DNA from: Pseudomonadota bacterium
Lineage (GTDB): Bacteria; Pseudomonadota; Gammaproteobacteria; Xanthomonadales; SZUA-38
Reading direction: 5' to 3'
DNA: 64,000 nt
NCBI GenBank assembly: GCA_039195135.1
Contig: JBCCVP010000009.1
Coordinates: 1,629 to 65,628 of the forward strand
Positions 55,854-64,000 of this stretch are shown here, one piece after another. A program made the position numbers and the translations under genes. Each line of letters opens with the position of its first letter. Positions within the stretch are counted from its first letter, which is position 1. The notes under the pieces are model-generated. The model was not told the origin of the DNA, made no database searches, and worked only from the letters and a program-made list of their open reading frames with translations.

Positions 55854-58415
55854 CTACTCGAAGCTGTTGGCAAACAGCGCGTCCGGCCCGGACACATTCA
55901 CGGTGACAACCACCTCGGCCGGACTAAAATTGCCCTGGCCGTCCGTGGCCCAGTAGCGGAACCGGTCGGTGCCGACAAAATCGTAGTCCGGCCGGTAGAG
56001 CACCGATCCATCGCCATTGTCGAAAACCAGGCCGTGCACCGGCGGCGTCAGGCCGTCGATGGTCAGCGGGTCTGATTCCGGATCAGAATCGTTGCCGGTG
56101 AGGAGGATGTTTACGGCTGAATCCCGCGTGGTTTCGGCCTGGTCATCTACCGCCACCGGTGGTTGGCTGGCCAAATCGATGGGGCCGCGCTCGAAGGCGT
56201 CCCGCCAGGCGTGAAACCGGCTTCCCAGCAGATTGACCACGTCCGGTCCCAGTCGGGTCTTCAGCCCCCGTTTGTGGATTTCGCCGGTAGCGCGGTCGGT
56301 GAAGTACTCCTCCACCACGGCGTAAACTTCGCCGCCGGCGGTGCGGTAGTAACCGTCTTCCGCGGTGATGGCGATCATGTCATAGGACGGCGTGCCCAGC
56401 CCGTCGGTGCCGGCGGGAATGGGAATCGGACCGATGCTGTCACTTTTCAGGCCGGTGTAGGTGACGCCGGATCCCGCGCTCGTCGCCGGAGACAGGTATT
56501 CCTGGGGCTCGTTGTCCAGGGTGATGTCCATGCGGTTGGGCGAGAGATCCGCCGCGGTGAGGAGCTGGTCGATGGCCGGGTCGTAGAGCGCGTAGGGCTC
56601 CGCCACGTCCGTCATTGTCGCATCGACGATGACGTACTGGTTAGCTTCCGGCGGTACCCCTTCATCGGTGAAGTCCTTCCCAAGGCTGATGCCGGTGGGG
56701 AAGCCATCGATTCGTGCGTTGACCACGACCATGTCGCTGGTGTTGGTGCCAAAGTCGATGCCGAACTGGGCGTTGTTAAACGGCTCCGGTGATTTGCCGA
56801 CCAGATCAAAGCCTTCCAGCGCGTAATGCGAGGTGTATTCCAGCGCGGCGCCGGCTTCCACTTCCCAGGCGAGAAAGTCCGTCAGGTGGCTCTGAACGTC
56901 GTGGCCCTGGTTGGGGTTGGCCTTAACCACGTAAAGACCGACGGTGCTGGCAAAGCTCTCGTTCTGGTGGAAGCCGAGGATGGGCGCGTCGTCGGGCGCC
57001 GTCTGCCGGCCCCGGGGGAGCGCTTCGGGCAGGCTGAAGATGTCGCCCTCGAAGGTGAGCATACCCGTGCCGCGGTGCAGATAAACGAACCCGTGGTTCA
57101 CGCTGGCCGCGATGTTGCCCACGCTTTTGACCATTCGCCCCTGAAACCAGAAGCCATCACCGGTGCGGCCCATGTCGAAGGTGTCGACGTCGTTGCCGTT
57201 TTTGGGGTTAAACGCGGAGTTGCCTTCAGCCCGGATCGCGATGTTGTGGGTCCAGGTACCGATTTCATTGCCGGTCTCGGCGACAAAGCCCGCGCCAAAC
57301 GTGTCGTAGGACGCGTTGTTGTGAAAGATGGCGTTGCTGTCGTGGTGGACGTAGCCCCAGCCCGGCGAGGCATATACCGCGTTGCCGATCACCACCGCCG
57401 GCTGCCGCGGCGTGGTCACGCCGGCCCGGTGGATATGGAAGGGGTAGCGGCCCCGCACGTTGCTGTCGGCGGCAATGGTTCCAAAATCGGCGGCCTCCAG
57501 CGAGTCCAGTGATTTTGACGTGCGGCCCAGGTGCCAGAAGCTGGCATAGCGCACGTCGATGTTGTCGTTGTGCATGAACATCACGTGTGCCCGCTGGTGC
57601 CGCGGCACCGATGGGTTGGCGGTGGCAAACGTCACGTTGCGGGTGAAATTGGCCACGGAGGTCTTGAGATCCGATCGGGGCGTCACGTGGTCGTAGGCCA
57701 GCGCAGGGGAAAACGACACGTCGCGTCCATTGATGGCCGTGATGGTCAGCACCTCGTCCTCGGTGCCGAAATAGCGCACCGCCCGAATATCGTTGTCCCA
57801 GCGCCAGCCGGAGTAGCGCGTGCCCGCCAGCACCAGCGTGTCGCCGATGGACCAGTTCTCCGGCGTTTCAGCGAGCGAAAGAACCGTATCTCCGGCCCGG
57901 GGATCGACGGCGACTTTGCTGTGGACGCTTTTACGTGCGCCATGAATGCGCACTGCGCCGCTGGCTACCAGTCCGCGGCCCAGCAGGCTGGGATCCGTGG
58001 TCGGGTCCAGATCGCCGACGTCGGCAAACCGAATTTCGACCTGTGTACCCGCTTCAACCGGTTGCCCCAGACGCCCGATTTCCAGCTGCCCGCCCGCTTC
58101 AACCCAAAGCAGGTCGACCACCAGGCGGGAGGATCGACTGGTGGAAAAACGCAGCACGCCGTCGACATCAATGCGGTTGAGAGCCGCGTCGGCGACGCCG
58201 TCATAGGTGACCGTCACGCCGGCCGGAATGCGGACCGAATCACCTTCTGCAGGAAGGCCGCCGCCCCAGGTGACGGGGTCAAACCAGGAGCCGGATGCAG
58301 CGGCGGTAACGCTCGGGTTTCCCTTGGGCTGCGGCGGCAGCATGTCGTGATGCAGCGTGCCGGCCGCGGCACCCGTTGTCAGCAAGGCCAGTCCGATGGC
58401 CAGATGTCTTTTCAT
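55854..58415 (-). CDS. secreted G8 domain / beta-helix protein with a C-terminal cadherin/Ig-like domain
   Basis: Start MKRHLAIGLALLTTGAAAG. The G8-like block is SGSWFDPVTWGGGLPAEGDSVRIPAGVTV. The C-terminal block is PPVAVDDQAET...NDSDPESDPLTI, ending ALFANSFE. Confidence 0.7.
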   Translation of the reverse strand: MKRHLAIGLALLTTGAAAGTLHHDMLPPQPKGNPSVTAAASGSWFDPVTWGGGLPAEGDSVRIPAGVTVTYDGVADAALNRIDVDGVLRFSTSRSSRLVVDLLWVEAGGQLEIGRLGQPVEAGTQVEIRFADVGDLDPTTDPSLLGRGLVASGAVRIHGARKSVHSKVAVDPRAGDTVLSLAETPENWSIGDTLVLAGTRYSGWRWDNDIRAVRYFGTEDEVLTITAINGRDVSFSPALAYDHVTPRSDLKTSVANFTRNVTFATANPSVPRHQRAHVMFMHNDNIDVRYASFWHLGRTSKSLDSLEAADFGTIAADSNVRGRYPFHIHRAGVTTPRQPAVVIGNAVYASPGWGYVHHDSNAIFHNNASYDTFGAGFVAETGNEIGTWTHNIAIRAEGNSAFNPKNGNDVDTFDMGRTGDGFWFQGRMVKSVGNIAASVNHGFVYLHRGTGMLTFEGDIFSLPEALPRGRQTAPDDAPILGFHQNESFASTVGLYVVKANPNQGHDVQSHLTDFLAWEVEAGAALEYTSHYALEGFDLVGKSPEPFNNAQFGIDFGTNTSDMVVVNARIDGFPTGISLGKDFTDEGVPPEANQYVIVDATMTDVAEPYALYDPAIDQLLTAADLSPNRMDITLDNEPQEYLSPATSAGSGVTYTGLKSDSIGPIPIPAGTDGLGTPSYDMIAITAEDGYYRTAGGEVYAVVEEYFTDRATGEIHKRGLKTRLGPDVVNLLGSRFHAWRDAFERGPIDLASQPPVAVDDQAETTRDSAVNILLTGNDSDPESDPLTIDGLTPPVHGLVFDNGDGSVLYRPDYDFVGTDRFRYWATDGQGNFSPAEVVVTVNVSGPDALFANSFE

Positions 58416-58535
58416 ATCCTGATGGCTACAAACCTGGTTCCAGCCGGCAACCATAAGCCGAATCGAAAACCAAAGCTGTGACCTGCGTTCGGCAGACCGA
58501 CCAGCGGTCTGGACAGTTACCGGGCGGACTACCCG

Positions 58536-59894
58536 CTAATTAGCTCTCTGAATGGATGAAGGGTGCGGGTCGGGACTGGGGGGATCCGGGTCAAACCCGT
58601 ACCAGTCGACGTTTCGGGTGGTATACATCACGATGCCAAGCAGCAGGAGGATCGTTGATGACCCGATCAACAGGGAGTAGCTCTCGTCAATGATCAGCCA
58701 GAAAAGCACTGCGTAGACGGCGGAATGCAAAATGCCCGCCAGCAAACCCCGGCGACGGCTGGCCAGCACGGCTTGGCAGTACGTGCTCACCATCATAACC
58801 AGCGCGCTCGCCGCGGTCAGGTAGGCCCACCCAAATCGGATGTGCTCCGACAGCGCCAGCAGCAGCAGATAGAAGGTTGTCAGGGCCAAGCCAACAAACA
58901 GGTACTGCACCGGGTGCAGACGCACCTTCATCAGGGTCTCGAACACAAAGAAGCCGAGGAAGGTCAGGCCGATAAACAAGACGCCATACTTGATGGCCCG
59001 CTCGCTGCGCTGATAGCTGTTGCCGGGAAGCACAAAGCGGACTCCAAAACGAGACGCCATGAGCTCGAACGGTGGCTCGCCGCGCCAGCTTTGACCGTAG
59101 CTGCGATTCAGCTCCGCAATCTGCCAGCGCGCACTGAATCCGGCCTGCGAGATGTCGCGCTCAAGCGGCACGTATAGCCCTTCAAAGCCGGGGCTGGGCC
59201 ACTTGCTCTGCATCGTTACCGAGGTGGCTTCGCCGAGGGGTAAAAAGTACAGCGCCTCGCTCCCGGCGACCGTCACCTCCAGGCGAAAGGTCTTGCTGAT
59301 CCCGAGGTTTTCGAGCGGCAAAGGTGCCGCAACTCCCTGGATTGCGCCGTAAACTGACCCACCGGATCTGAGTTTGTAGCGGTCTGTTCCCACGGTCAAA
59401 GCGCTGACGGACCGAATCGCCCGGGTGTCGGAAATCGGCACCAGAAGGTGCGCGGCCGTGAGTTCACCTCGCGTCGGTAGTTCTTCGCCACCAATCGAAC
59501 CCGTCATGGTTATCGTCGCTGTATAAACCGGCATTTCGTAGATTCCCAGGTAACGCACCTCGGAACGTGTTTTGACCTCGATCTTCAACTCTGCCGGCAA
59601 CTCAATAATTTGCTCGTAGACGATTTGCGTTTCGCCTGTGGCGGTACGTCGGGACTGCCGTTCGGTGACAACGATCATCGGGCCAGACAGTGTTTGCTCT
59701 CCGCCCCAGCGTCGCGCGATCTCCGCGAGGGCCTCAGCCCGCCGGCCCTGACGCTCATCGATCAGCCCGCGAACCATCGCCAGCGGAATCAGCATAACCA
59801 GCGTGAGAATCGCGACGGCAAGGAGTTTTAGCGTGGTCGCCGTCTGTTTTCGCATGTTCGCCAGCGCATTCATGATTAAGCTGATTAGAGCCAA
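58536..59894 (-). CDS. creD: inner-membrane protein CreD
   Basis: N-terminal TM segment, LIDERQGRRAEA motif, a large periplasmic domain, and a C-terminal multi-TM block, as in CreD. Confidence 0.8.
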   Translation of the reverse strand: MALISLIMNALANMRKQTATTLKLLAVAILTLVMLIPLAMVRGLIDERQGRRAEALAEIARRWGGEQTLSGPMIVVTERQSRRTATGETQIVYEQIIELPAELKIEVKTRSEVRYLGIYEMPVYTATITMTGSIGGEELPTRGELTAAHLLVPISDTRAIRSVSALTVGTDRYKLRSGGSVYGAIQGVAAPLPLENLGISKTFRLEVTVAGSEALYFLPLGEATSVTMQSKWPSPGFEGLYVPLERDISQAGFSARWQIAELNRSYGQSWRGEPPFELMASRFGVRFVLPGNSYQRSERAIKYGVLFIGLTFLGFFVFETLMKVRLHPVQYLFVGLALTTFYLLLLALSEHIRFGWAYLTAASALVMMVSTYCQAVLASRRRGLLAGILHSAVYAVLFWLIIDESYSLLIGSSTILLLLGIVMYTTRNVDWYGFDPDPPSPDPHPSSIQRAN

Positions 59895-60052
59895 TTATGC
59901 GGGCAATTAGCCGTCACTCCGATGACCAAATCATGGCTGTTGAAACACTGGCCAAACCCATCCAAAAGTGGCGGCGCTTGAGCCCTTTGAAGTTCAGCAG
60001 CTGCTGGATCAGCTCGCCACAATCCAGCAATAGCGCATCGCACGGCAGCCCG

Positions 60053-60715
60053 TCAGTCCTCGCCACCCATGGCAAGCAGTTCTACCCGGCGCCTTATGGT
60101 GATGCTGCCGTAGCCCAGGCTGATCAGACCACGCTGACGGAGCCGATCGAGCGCCTTTCCGACACTGACCCGAGACTTGCCCAGCGAGAAGGCGATGTCG
60201 GACTGCCGCAGCGGGATCTCATCATCGTCAAATCCGCCGGTTCTTGCCACGCGCAGCAGCATCATGGCGATCTGCTGCTCAATGCTTCGGTGCCGCAGGT
60301 CGTCCGCCGTGTCCAGCGCTTCATAGAGCCGTTGGGTCACGGTGACCGTCACCGCTCGGGCAAAACGCGGGTGCGCATCGTAGAGCGCGTTGAAGGCCTG
60401 CCTGCCGATCGACAACACCTCGGTCTCGCCGAAGGCTTCAGCGTGATAGGCACGGGGTCGATTGGCAAACAGGGTGACCTCGCCGAAACAGTGTCCGCGG
60501 CCGAGAATGCCGCTCAGATTGAACGAGCCGTCGGTGGTATAAAGCCCAAAGCGTACGCGACCGCTCAGCACAATCGACAGGCCCACCGAATCGGCGCGCT
60601 GCGTATGGAGCACCTGCCCGTCGTGGTAGAAGCGGGTTGTGCCGGCGGCCTCCAGCAACCGAAGAAGCTTTGGCGGGAGCAGATCCACAAGGCTTTGATG
60701 GGTCGGTATCGGCAT
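60053..60715 (-). CDS. Crp/Fnr family transcriptional regulator
   Basis: cNMP-binding-like beta-roll followed by the C-terminal HTH LRQSDIAFSLGKSRVSVGKALDRLRQRGLI. Confidence 0.85.
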   Translation of the reverse strand: MPIPTHQSLVDLLPPKLLRLLEAAGTTRFYHDGQVLHTQRADSVGLSIVLSGRVRFGLYTTDGSFNLSGILGRGHCFGEVTLFANRPRAYHAEAFGETEVLSIGRQAFNALYDAHPRFARAVTVTVTQRLYEALDTADDLRHRSIEQQIAMMLLRVARTGGFDDDEIPLRQSDIAFSLGKSRVSVGKALDRLRQRGLISLGYGSITIRRRVELLAMGGED

Positions 60716-60718
60716 CGG

Positions 60719-60739
60719 CTAAAAATGCTAAATTTTTAG
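60719..60739. promoter_or_regulatory. AT-rich inverted repeat CTAAAAAT-N5-ATTTTTAG
   Basis: 8 bp perfect arms in the 80 bp divergent region between the crp-like gene and the hydroxylase gene. Confidence 0.4.
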
Positions 60740-60795
60740 TATTTTACCCACTCCCGGGATCGTAATCTCTAGCTCACGCTAAACGGTATTACGCC

Positions 60796-61620
60796 ATGGA
60801 AAAGCTCGCGATCCTGCTGATTTTTGTCTTTTTTGCCGGTCTGGAGATCGTAAAAACCCGCTTTTTCTCAAAACGCGGTCAGTCCCGGGACGACGCCATC
60901 GTCGAGATCGCCAGCGTCGTTGCGCTGCTGCTGATCACCCAGCCCCTGGCCCTGGCGGGCGGCGGTCTGCTTGCCAGTTTCATCTGGCCTGATGCGCAGG
61001 GTGCGCTGGTCTCCATACCCCTCGTCGCCGCCATCGGTCTGTTTCTGCTGTTTGATGACATGACCCAGTACTGGTGGCACCGGCTCTCCCATACCGTTCC
61101 CTGGCTGTATAAGCTGCACCGCCCGCACCACAATGCGAACTATCTGTCGATCCGCGTCGTCTACCGCAACAACATCTTCTACTACGCGATGATGCCGGGG
61201 ATCTGGCTGTCCGGCGCGCTGATCTATTTCGGCCTGGGCTGGGTGTATGCGGGCTACATCGTCGTCAAAATGACCGTCATCTTCGGCGCCCACTGTGACG
61301 TGCGCTGGGATGAGCCGCTGTACAGGATCCGCTGGCTGTCGCCCGTGATGTGGGTGGTGGAACGGCTGATCTCCACGCCGGCCACGCACAGCGCCCATCA
61401 CGGCAAATACGCGGCCGACTCAGCGACCAACTACAAGGGTAACTACGGCAATCTACTGTTCTTCTGGGATGTGCTGTTCGGGACCGCAAAGATCACGCGC
61501 CGCTATCCCAAAGCCATGGGCGTTGAGAACCTGCCGGACACCACGGTGGGGGAACAGCTGCTGTGGCCGCTGATCAGGTCCAGCGAACCCACGCCCGCGG
61601 CAGCGCGCGAGGCTACCTAG
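60796..61620 (+). CDS. fatty acid hydroxylase / sterol desaturase family membrane protein
   Basis: His boxes WWHRLSH, HRPHH and HSAHHG. Confidence 0.85.
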   Translation: MEKLAILLIFVFFAGLEIVKTRFFSKRGQSRDDAIVEIASVVALLLITQPLALAGGGLLASFIWPDAQGALVSIPLVAAIGLFLLFDDMTQYWWHRLSHTVPWLYKLHRPHHNANYLSIRVVYRNNIFYYAMMPGIWLSGALIYFGLGWVYAGYIVVKMTVIFGAHCDVRWDEPLYRIRWLSPVMWVVERLISTPATHSAHHGKYAADSATNYKGNYGNLLFFWDVLFGTAKITRRYPKAMGVENLPDTTVGEQLLWPLIRSSEPTPAAAREAT

Positions 61621-61684
61621 TGATTGCTGCTCACGGCTAAGCACAACTGAAGCGCGCTCGGGGTTACGAAAACCTGCCGGAAAT

Positions 61685-62161
61685 TCAGAACAGATCGGCT
61701 GGCTGAATGACGTCGATGCGCGCAATCTTGCCGTTCTCAAACGTAAACACCTCAACAATATCCGCTGGGTCCTTTTGTTCTGCTGTGAGCCAGACCTGGT
61801 CGTGCATGATGACGCGGTTGTCGATCGCCACCAGATGGATCAGCACGTTTCTGGCCTCCGGATAGTTGCGGAAGTGGTTGGCTCGATTGTCCTGCACCGC
61901 GTTTTTTCCACGCAGGCGAACGGCGCCCTGGTACATGCTCACCACCACCTCATCAGCGAGGTCGCGAACGTATTGCTTGCTGTTCTTCGCGTTGACCGCC
62001 GCGACGATGTTTCGCGCCGCGTCGAGGCGATCAGTTTGTTGCGACGATGGTTGATCGGAGCCCGGTTGCAGGGCGTTCTGATGTCCGCCCGCGGTGGCGA
62101 CGAATACCGCCAGGGCGGTAAGCGCCGCTCCAGCAATCCAAATCGTTGGTTGTTGTTTCAT
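61685..62161 (-). CDS. NTF2/SnoaL-like protein with signal peptide
   Basis: MKQQPTIWIAGAALTALAVFVA, followed by a body of about 130 aa of NTF2-like size. Weak assignment. Confidence 0.45.
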   Translation of the reverse strand: MKQQPTIWIAGAALTALAVFVATAGGHQNALQPGSDQPSSQQTDRLDAARNIVAAVNAKNSKQYVRDLADEVVVSMYQGAVRLRGKNAVQDNRANHFRNYPEARNVLIHLVAIDNRVIMHDQVWLTAEQKDPADIVEVFTFENGKIARIDVIQPADLF

Positions 62162-62371
62162 CGTTGCGCCGGTTTTCTGTAAAGCCGGGTATTACTGCAC
62201 GCAAGGCGGTGCGTCTCAATACGCCGGGCGGCGTCTGCGGCAAGTAGACACCTGGCTGCGCTACGATGAGCCTCCGCCTGCGAGGGTCCCCGCGGCTGCG
62301 TTGGATGTTATCGGCGGTATAGGTGCGCGACATGCCCAGCTGATCGTAAACGCCCAGCAGTTGAGCAACCT

Positions 62372-63142
62372 CTAGGTAAGCGGTGGCAGCCCGGCCCGCT
62401 GCCTGCCTTCGGGTGTTTTCAGCGAAAAGTCAGTTCCGGCAAATTCCGCCGCATCGTCGCTGCACAGGTACTCCAGCGCCTGCGCCACCCACTCAGCGGG
62501 GATATGCGCATCCGGGGATAGCTGGCTGACCGGGTTGATACCCGACTCCCGGATCAGTACCTGCATCTGCGTAGCAACGGTTCCGGGGCTGATGCCTACG
62601 GTACGGATACCCTGCTCCGCGTATTCCTTGTGCGCGCAGGCGGTCAGCATCAGCACCGCAGCCTTGCTGGAACAGTAGTGGCTCCAACCTTCCAGAGCGC
62701 TGACCGCGGCGCCGGAGCTGACGTTGATCACCACGCCGCCGCCGGACTTAACCAGGGCCGGGATCGCGTATCTGAGGCCGTAGTACACGCCTTTGTAGTT
62801 GATATCCGCGACCCGGGCCCACTCCAGCGGATCACTGTCAGCGAGCCGGGCAACGGGTTCGATCAGGCCCGCGTTGTTGACCAGGATATCCAGCCGGCCA
62901 AATTCCTCGACGGTGCGATCAACCAGCTTCGACACCTGGTGATGATCACTGACATCGCAGGCGACGGCGATGGCCGTGCCGCCCTCGTCGCAGATCTCCT
63001 GCGCCAGCGCCTGGATCTGAGTTTCGCTTCGAGCTGCCAGCGCCACGCGGGCGCCGCGGCGGGCAAAATGCCTCGCCGCGGCCGCGCCGATGCCGCGGCT
63101 GGCGCCGGTGATGATGGTGCTTTTGCTGTGTAAAACGCTCAC
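62372..63142 (-). CDS. SDR family oxidoreductase
   Basis: GTG start at 63142 after AGGATAGGA. Motifs TGASRGIGAA, NNAG, YCSSKAA. Confidence 0.85.
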   Translation of the reverse strand: MSVLHSKSTIITGASRGIGAAAARHFARRGARVALAARSETQIQALAQEICDEGGTAIAVACDVSDHHQVSKLVDRTVEEFGRLDILVNNAGLIEPVARLADSDPLEWARVADINYKGVYYGLRYAIPALVKSGGGVVINVSSGAAVSALEGWSHYCSSKAAVLMLTACAHKEYAEQGIRTVGISPGTVATQMQVLIRESGINPVSQLSPDAHIPAEWVAQALEYLCSDDAAEFAGTDFSLKTPEGRQRAGLPPLT

Positions 63143-63170
63143 GTTTGAATTCCTATCCTTGATCTGCCTG

Positions 63171-64000
63171 CTACGGGTCTGGGTTTGCCGCCAGCCAGCT
63201 CTCGGCCTCCCGCGTGTACCAGTGGGGTGAAAAGTTCTCGGCGTCAACGATGGCGCGAAACTGGACCGCTGCGCTCGCCGGGTCTCCGCGGCCGGCATAG
63301 AGCTCCGCCAGGTAGTATCTCGCGTAGGGATTGTCCGGCTGATCCGCCAGCAGCCGTTTACCCAGCGCCTCAAGCTCGGCGTCAAATCTATCCAGCGGCG
63401 GCCGCTCCTGATGGAAGGCCACGGTTTTAAGAAACATCACGGCGTGCAGCACATTCAGGTCGCCCTGTTCCTCCCAGCGCGCCGCAGTGGGCAACAGTTT
63501 CGCCAAGGCACCTAGCGCCCGGTCAAACTCGTCGCGGTCAAAGCGGGCGAGAAAAGCACTGGTCATCAGGTCAGACCTGGCCCGCTGCGTCGCGCTGGGG
63601 TCGCTTTCGCCCGCCCGGCTCAGAAAGTTCTCCAAAAACGCCAGCGTCAGTGGTGAGGTGGTCACATCGCCGTTGATGAGTCGCGCCGCGTCACTCAGCA
63701 GGTTGTTGTTCGCCAGGGCCACCATTTGCAGCTCCCGGGCGGGAATCATGATCCAGAGACCGGCAAAGCCATCGTACTGGCCATAAGCCCACAGAACCTC
63801 ATGACCACCCACCTCCTGCACAAACATACCCATGCCGTAGGGCAAACCCGGCGCGAAGGGGCGGGTCAGCTGGCGGTAGGACTGCTCGCTGAGCAACGCA
63901 CCACGCATCAGCGCCTGGCCCATACGGATCACTGCCCGGGGCGTTGCAACGAGCCCGGCGGACGCCGATACCCCATATTCCTGATCCATGGGCGCCGCGC
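63171..64000 (-). CDS. serine hydrolase / beta-lactamase-family protein with a TPR-like C-terminal region; 5' end lies outside the window
   Basis: The ORF is open to the window edge. The C-terminal part of a class C beta-lactamase-like fold is followed by helical repeats. Confidence 0.55.
   Translation of the reverse strand, partial: AAPMDQEYGVSASAGLVATPRAVIRMGQALMRGALLSEQSYRQLTRPFAPGLPYGMGMFVQEVGGHEVLWAYGQYDGFAGLWIMIPARELQMVALANNNLLSDAARLINGDVTTSPLTLAFLENFLSRAGESDPSATQRARSDLMTSAFLARFDRDEFDRALGALAKLLPTAARWEEQGDLNVLHAVMFLKTVAFHQERPPLDRFDAELEALGKRLLADQPDNPYARYYLAELYAGRGDPASAAVQFRAIVDAENFSPHWYTREAESWLAANPDP

Noticed and set aside
1-64000. CRISPR arrays, prophage or integrase modules, IS elements, toxin-antitoxin pairs or known defence-system genes.
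   Set aside because: I saw no repeat-spacer periodicity, and no integrase, transposase or phage structural genes. Apart from the tRNA locus, gene content and codon style look uniform.

Overview
GC-rich chromosomal window that looks Gammaproteobacteria-like; GC content was judged by eye and the taxon is inferred only from gene content and codon style. About 55 protein genes are supportable. Most are ordinary: regulators (TetR, LysR, Crp, two ArsR, an ECF sigma/anti-sigma pair, a CadC-like regulator), redox and aldehyde metabolism, KatG, flavodoxin, several c-di-GMP proteins, and several very large secreted proteins.

The standout locus is a 2.2 kb protein-free stretch at 39016-41230 on the minus strand.
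- It begins with an rRNA-operon-style promoter: an AT-rich upstream tract, TTGACA, a 16 bp spacer, TATACT, and a GC-rich discriminator.
- The leader carries a boxB-like hairpin followed by TGCTCTTTAACAA, an exact match to the boxA consensus.
- No rRNA follows. Instead there is an array of 10 tRNA or tRNA-like genes, four of them non-canonical.
- Two ORF-free spacers of about 480 and 345 nt sit between tRNAs.
- The whole 1.76 kb body is enclosed by a roughly 32 bp long-range complementary stem, like a 16S processing stem.
- The 3' arm of that stem contains the Shine-Dalgarno of the downstream HNH endonuclease gene.

The second notable locus is at 1021-9054.
- A consensus sigma54 promoter is preceded by three phased 12-mer repeats.
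- It drives a terminator-bounded unit of about 280 nt.
- Next to it is an operon encoding an HDOD pseudo-receiver, a sigma54 enhancer-binding protein with a degenerate GGDEF domain (RxxD I-site kept, NGAAF active site), and a periplasmic-propeller diguanylate cyclase.

Everything here comes from reading the sequence and the ORF track. No searches, folds or covariance models were run. Start codons and family names are provisional.
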